NCBI RefSeq assembly: GCF_009914755.1
Contig: NC_060928.1
Source of the DNA: the human T2T-CHM13v2.0 reference genome, Homo sapiens
Direction: 5' to 3' (one strand)
Length of the DNA: 64,000 bases
Part shown: positions 58,284 to 64,000 of the stretch, in pieces
How positions within the stretch are numbered: the first letter of the stretch is position 1
Layout: every line of letters begins with the position of its first letter
Notes under the pieces: generated by a model
What the model was told of the DNA's origin: nothing
The model's database searches: none
What the model saw: only the letters and a program-made list of their open reading frames with translations
Position numbers and translations under genes: made by a program

Positions 58284-59807
58284 GTCACTTCATCACACAA
58301 AAATGACCAGACAAACTCCCATCCAAATTTGGAGATAATCTGGCTTAAATAAAAGTAGATGTTATGAATAAATCTCACAATCTTCTAGAGTCATCCTCTA
58401 AAGCCACCAACAGAATGGCTGTATCACAGACAGAATGTTCACAAAGAACCCCAAAACAGGATTAGGCTCACATGTTATGGCACACTGTATCTCTTTTTTC
58501 CTCAGTAACCACCCTTGCCCCCAATTATGCATTTGTGAGTTTTGATCATTGTTTAATAAACTTAGAAGCTGCTGTACTTGTTCTAGCCACCTCAAATTCC
58601 TGGCTCTGCCCTCAGGTCTCCGCTCCTCCAGCCAGAGAAGGTCACCTGACTGCCAAGAATAAAGCTTAGAAATAAAGCAGATCTCTCCTCTCCTCCACGA
58701 GGTTTCCCAGGGCTGTTGTAGGTCCTTTTCAGAGCTACAGTTAGGTATCATCCTGACTAGGAACTCAGTTCTGCTCAGACTCAGCTTGGAAACGAAGTAG
58801 CTGGATGCCTTGTGATGTTTGTCTGGTTCAACCCTTACTACAGAGCAGGGGCAATCCATCTGTGTTCATTTCTTCCTCTCAAATGACCACCTCTCCTGCA
58901 ATCCTGTCCTTTCCAGAAATTATCTCCTTATTTTAGAAAGTGCTGCCTCAAATAAATGATTTGACCAACTAAATGATTTGACCAACTAAATGATTTGATG
59001 TCTCTGTCAGTGCCATTATTCTTGAAGACATGGATAATCTTCTATCCACTGCAGACTTTTCCCTGAGGTATATTTTTCTAAAAGGTGATATCTTTGGTCA
59101 AAGGGGGCTTTTAATAGGCACGGTGAAAGGTTCTACCTTTTCTGAGATAATTACTGGCAACTGGGGTTAGCAAGACAGTGAGGCACTTTATCCTTTATCA
59201 CTTGCTGTGAATGAAATTGACTAGGATCATACACAGCAGGGGTCAAGGGTAAAGTGCTTCCTTGCTGGCGTTCAACTTGTGCTACCTCTCCTCTTGCAAG
59301 AAAGGGAAGAAAGGAAAGGGAAACGGACTCAAGGGAAACGGACTCAAGGTAAACAGACAAAATGACGCCTGTAGTTAAAAGCTTTCCACCAGAGGCCCCT
59401 AATGAGATCTTTCTATTCTTTCTGAATGACATAGAGTTTTCATCAACCAAGATTATGTAAACTAATGAAGTTTATAGGCAGAATTCCAAACTTGGCCATT
59501 CTACTATAAAATATTTTTAATGGAACTTGTTTTTCTTTAATGTTATTTAGATCAGGTTTACAAGAAAATCCAAAAAGCCAATGTTTGTCAGGATAATGAT
59601 TAGCATCACAAATAACTTCATCTTCTAGGCCCAGTAGCCATTAGTTTACTTATATTGCTTGTGACCTACCTCAGGTGACGATATGCATATACATATATAA
59701 CACATGTGAAGCCTACCACATGCCAGACACTAAGTACTCTGTACATATTACCCCATTAAATACCCTATGAAGTAGATATTATTATGGCCATTTTACAGAT
59801 GGTGTAA

Positions 59808-60310
<503 letters not shown>

Positions 60311-60841
60311 GCTTAAATAATCTTAGATTATTTCTTCCTGTATTTTAAAAACCTGCTTATGGCTTCAGACTTTGGGAAATAAGGTGTACTTGGTTGGCTT
60401 ATTAAGAAAAAAAAAGAATTTTAAGATGGTTTTGTGTCCTTTCCCCAGCACCAATCTCCCCCAGATAATCAACTTCTCAAGAGAAAAAAACAGTTTAAAA
60501 AAATTATTAAATTCATATTATTTACAGGTGCTTTCATTTCATTAAACCATGATAGAAAACCTTATAAAAACCTTATATCCCCCAAATTACAGATTTTTTA
60601 AAAACTGAGTTCAAAAGAGTTAAGGGGAAAGCCGACATTGGTGTCTAAGTTTACAGTTTTTGCTTCTTGAAGCAGGATCTTCATGCTTACACCTATTTCC
60701 TAGTAGGTAGCACAGGGCCTGGCACACAGTAAACAATCAACTCATCTTGCATTTAATAATTTTTTCACATCCTGTTTCAACAACAGAAACTTCTTTTTGC
60801 TTAATCAAGAGCATTTCATCCTGATTTAAAGAAGTGATATT

Positions 60842-61524
60842 CACAGTGCGCTGCCCATGCCGACCTTGCTAAGCTTGCTCCACACACCCTCCTATGCCCA
60901 CCATGACCACTGTTCAGCAGATGGAAGATGATGCCTAGTGGACAGCAAAGGCCTTGATGAATACGTGAAGGAACTAGGAGTGGGAATAGCTTTGTGAAAA
61001 ATGGGCACAATGGCCAAGCCAGAGTGTATCATCATTTGTGATGACAAAAACCTCACCATAAAAACTCAGAGCACTTAGAAAACAGCACAGTTTTCTCGTA
61101 CCCTGGGAGAGAAGTTTGAAGAAACTACAGCTCATAGCAAAAAAACTCAGACTCTCTACAACTTTACAGATGGATCATTGGTTCAGCATCAGGAGTGGGA
61201 TGGGAAGAAAAGCACAATAACAAGAAAATTGAAAGATGGGAAATTCATGGTAGACTGTGTCATGAACAATGTCACCTGTTCTCAGATCTATAAAAAAGTA
61301 GAATAAAAATTTCATCATCACTTTGGACAGGAAATAGCTATGAAAATCAACAAGCTCAGTTCAATGGGCAAATCTCCATACTGCTTCTTTTTTTTATTAC
61401 TGTGTTCAATTATCTTTATCACAAACATTTTACATGCAGCTGTTTCAGTATCAGATTAATTAGGATCATCCCTTTGGTTAATAAATAAATGTGTTTGTGC
61501 TAAAAAATAAAAAATAAAAAAATT
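60842..61524 (+). pseudogene. Processed pseudogene of FABP5 (epidermal fatty acid-binding protein)
   Basis: Intronless: ATG 60903; LVDSKG.DEY.KELGVGIAL, TLGEKFEETTA, LVQHQEWDGK.STITRKLKDGK, CVMNNVTC..IY.KVE, TAA 61304-61306. In-frame stops and a frameshift. 3'UTR with AATAAA and A tail. TSD AAGAAGTGATATT at 60829-60841 and 61525-61537. Confidence 0.96.
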
Positions 61525-63111
61525 AAGAAGTGATATTAACATAACCTACAAAGGATCAACTTTGGAAAATTAAATAATGCCATGGAAAGGCAAATAAATC
61601 CTCCTCCCTTCCATCTTAGCTTATGCAGTAATTATTTATATACATATATTTATATTTATATATTTATATTTATGCATATATAAAACAAAACCAAAAAACT
61701 TGAAGTTAAGACAAAGCTTTTCCTTAGAAGTCCTCTTCTAAGGGGTTGGTTCAGGTGCTTTTCAAAGGGATAGCAGCAACTGATTTTTTTTTTTCTGCAA
61801 ATTACATTGTGTTGAGTTAGGTGACCAATAATTTAAGGTAGGATTGATTTGGAGTTGCTGTCACCTATAGATAAGGCTTTCATGTAACACTTATAGTTTT
61901 GTAAATGTAATAATATGTCTTATGAAAAGAACAGTGTTTGATGGAGGACAATGAATAAGGTCTCCCACTTTTGCTATTATGATAGCAACGCCTAATATCT
62001 AATGTCCTTATCAAATAAATCACTGCAACTGGATATAATTAAGCTAACTAGATGTTTGGCAATTTTGTTTTCAATAAATGGCCCATTATATTCTATCAGA
62101 AGATCATTTCCAACTATCTTAGCTTTTAATTTATTATTTTTGAGTAGACTGAAGAATCATGGTAAGGACATATGTATATTGTCTACAATATATCTTAAAG
62201 TAATAGAACAAATTTTGATTCAGGGCAAACTGCATGCTATGACAACAGAATAAAAGGCAGGTAAAAATAAAAATAGACAAATAAAATGCAGTTTAGTCAA
62301 CCCAATGTTTCAGTACCATTAAAATGTGTAAGCTTTTGTCATGAATTAGTTTTTAAAAATCTAAAAGAGTTGTCTTGTGGATTATAGTGCTGGGACTTAA
62401 ACTGCATTTGCAGTAGGACTATTTTATTATTTCTTCAAACAGGAAACCACTGGCAATTCAGTGTGAAGTCATTTTCTATTTTTAAAATAATTGAATCTGA
62501 GACATAACTATTAGTATGACAGTTTCACAGAGCAAAAAATAAGATGAATAAGTGGGTCTGAAATGCTGGCTAATGGAGCAATACATTTCAAAATTACATA
62601 TACATTTATGTGCTTCTCCGACCACTTACAGTTTCATTCATCATATCGTTTTTTGGCCATTTCCTAGAGAGTATTTCCAATTCTAATGTATTTCTAACAG
62701 AAATTTCATGCTGTGATCACTCCTTTGTAAGGTAGAGTTCTGCAATATTTCTGGTTTACATGAGCAGACTTTCTAGTAGGTATATGATGGCTGACTAAAT
62801 ATATTAATACTTTTATTTAGTCAGTAATCTGGATGTAAGGCACATAAATACCCCATATAAACAGGGAGCAGGCAGAAGCTTCCATCCTTCTTACAAGGCT
62901 GTGTGGCCTTCAGCAAGTCACTTAACTTACCTGAACCCTGAGTATTCCCATCTGAAAAAATAGGTTAAATTAGATTATCTGTTATAGTGCCTTTTTAATT
63001 TTATGTCTTATATTAACTATTTCTTAACTATATTTAATTTGAGCCAAGTAGGAATTAATGAAGAAAAATCTGAATTAAAGAATGTATTTTTAAAGAAATG
63101 TAATTTTTAAG

Positions 63112-63410
63112 TATTTTTTTTTCCTTCGAGATAGGGCCTTGCTCTGTTGGCCAGGCTGGAGTGCAGTAGTGTGATCACAGCTCACTGCAGCCTCGACCTC
63201 CCAGGCCCAAGCTATCCTCTGGCTTAGCCTTCTAAGTAGCTAGGATCACAGGTGTGCACCACCACACTCGGCTGATTTTTAGAATTTTTTGTAGAGATGA
63301 ACTCTCTCTGTGTTGCCCAGGCTGGTCTCAAACTCCTGGGCTCAAGCAATCCTCCCACCTCTTCCTTCCAAAATGCTAGGATTATAGGTGTGTGCCACCG
63401 CATTCAGCCC
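63112..63410 (-). mobile_element. AluJ
   Basis: Reverse dimer. Confidence 0.92.
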
Positions 63411-63593
63411 AAGTTTTAAACTTTAAAATTGCATAGGACCTGGAACTGGGTAAACAAATTAATGTCATTTGTATGTAAACAGATGTTTTAAAAATATATA
63501 ACCATGCTCTAAAGTAGTTTTAAATTTTCTTCCTAATTTTGTTTATAAGGTTTTTATAGTAAAATCTTTGTAATACAAAAATAACATTTTCTA

Positions 63594-63890
<297 letters not shown>

Positions 63891-64000
63891 TTATTTATAA
63901 AATCTCCTCACTATGTCATTACAGAACTTAGCAAATTGGTAGTAAAACTTCTGTGGAAGAATAGCCAGCAGATAAATGTTTTAAAAGTACAGATGGTTAG

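Noticed and set aside
58398-58859. 153-aa minus-strand ORF
   Set aside because: No recognisable domain, no splice or promoter support; compatible with chance.

Overview
Primate (most likely human) genomic DNA, about half interspersed repeats. Almost all entries in the ORF track are Alu/L1 or chance ORFs. The only credible host coding sequence is one 233-bp internal exon on the minus strand (7839-8071, AG/GT bounded). Its peptide matches C4orf45/SPMIP2 as I recall it, so the rest is most simply intronic. Positions 9073-25652 hold a 16.6-kb LINE-1 complex. It consists of two older L1PA7/8-like copies fused head-to-head with no spacer, two Alus nested in the left copy, and a younger 5'-truncated L1PA3/4 nested in the right copy. 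The two arms share private variants, including the same 33-bp micro-inversion. Also present are PSME2 and FABP5 processed pseudogenes with target-site duplications (TSDs), a 32-nt tailless U2 snRNA retrocopy, a 67-bp young L1 3' end, about 30 Alus, MaLR/MLT2 LTRs and hAT MITEs. Two short local templated duplications (200 bp and 124 bp) stand out, one sitting inside an AluY. I see no new protein-coding system; the unusual signal is in retrotransposition and DNA-repair architecture. Repeat subfamily names come from remembered consensus sequences, and boundaries are approximate unless a TSD is quoted.
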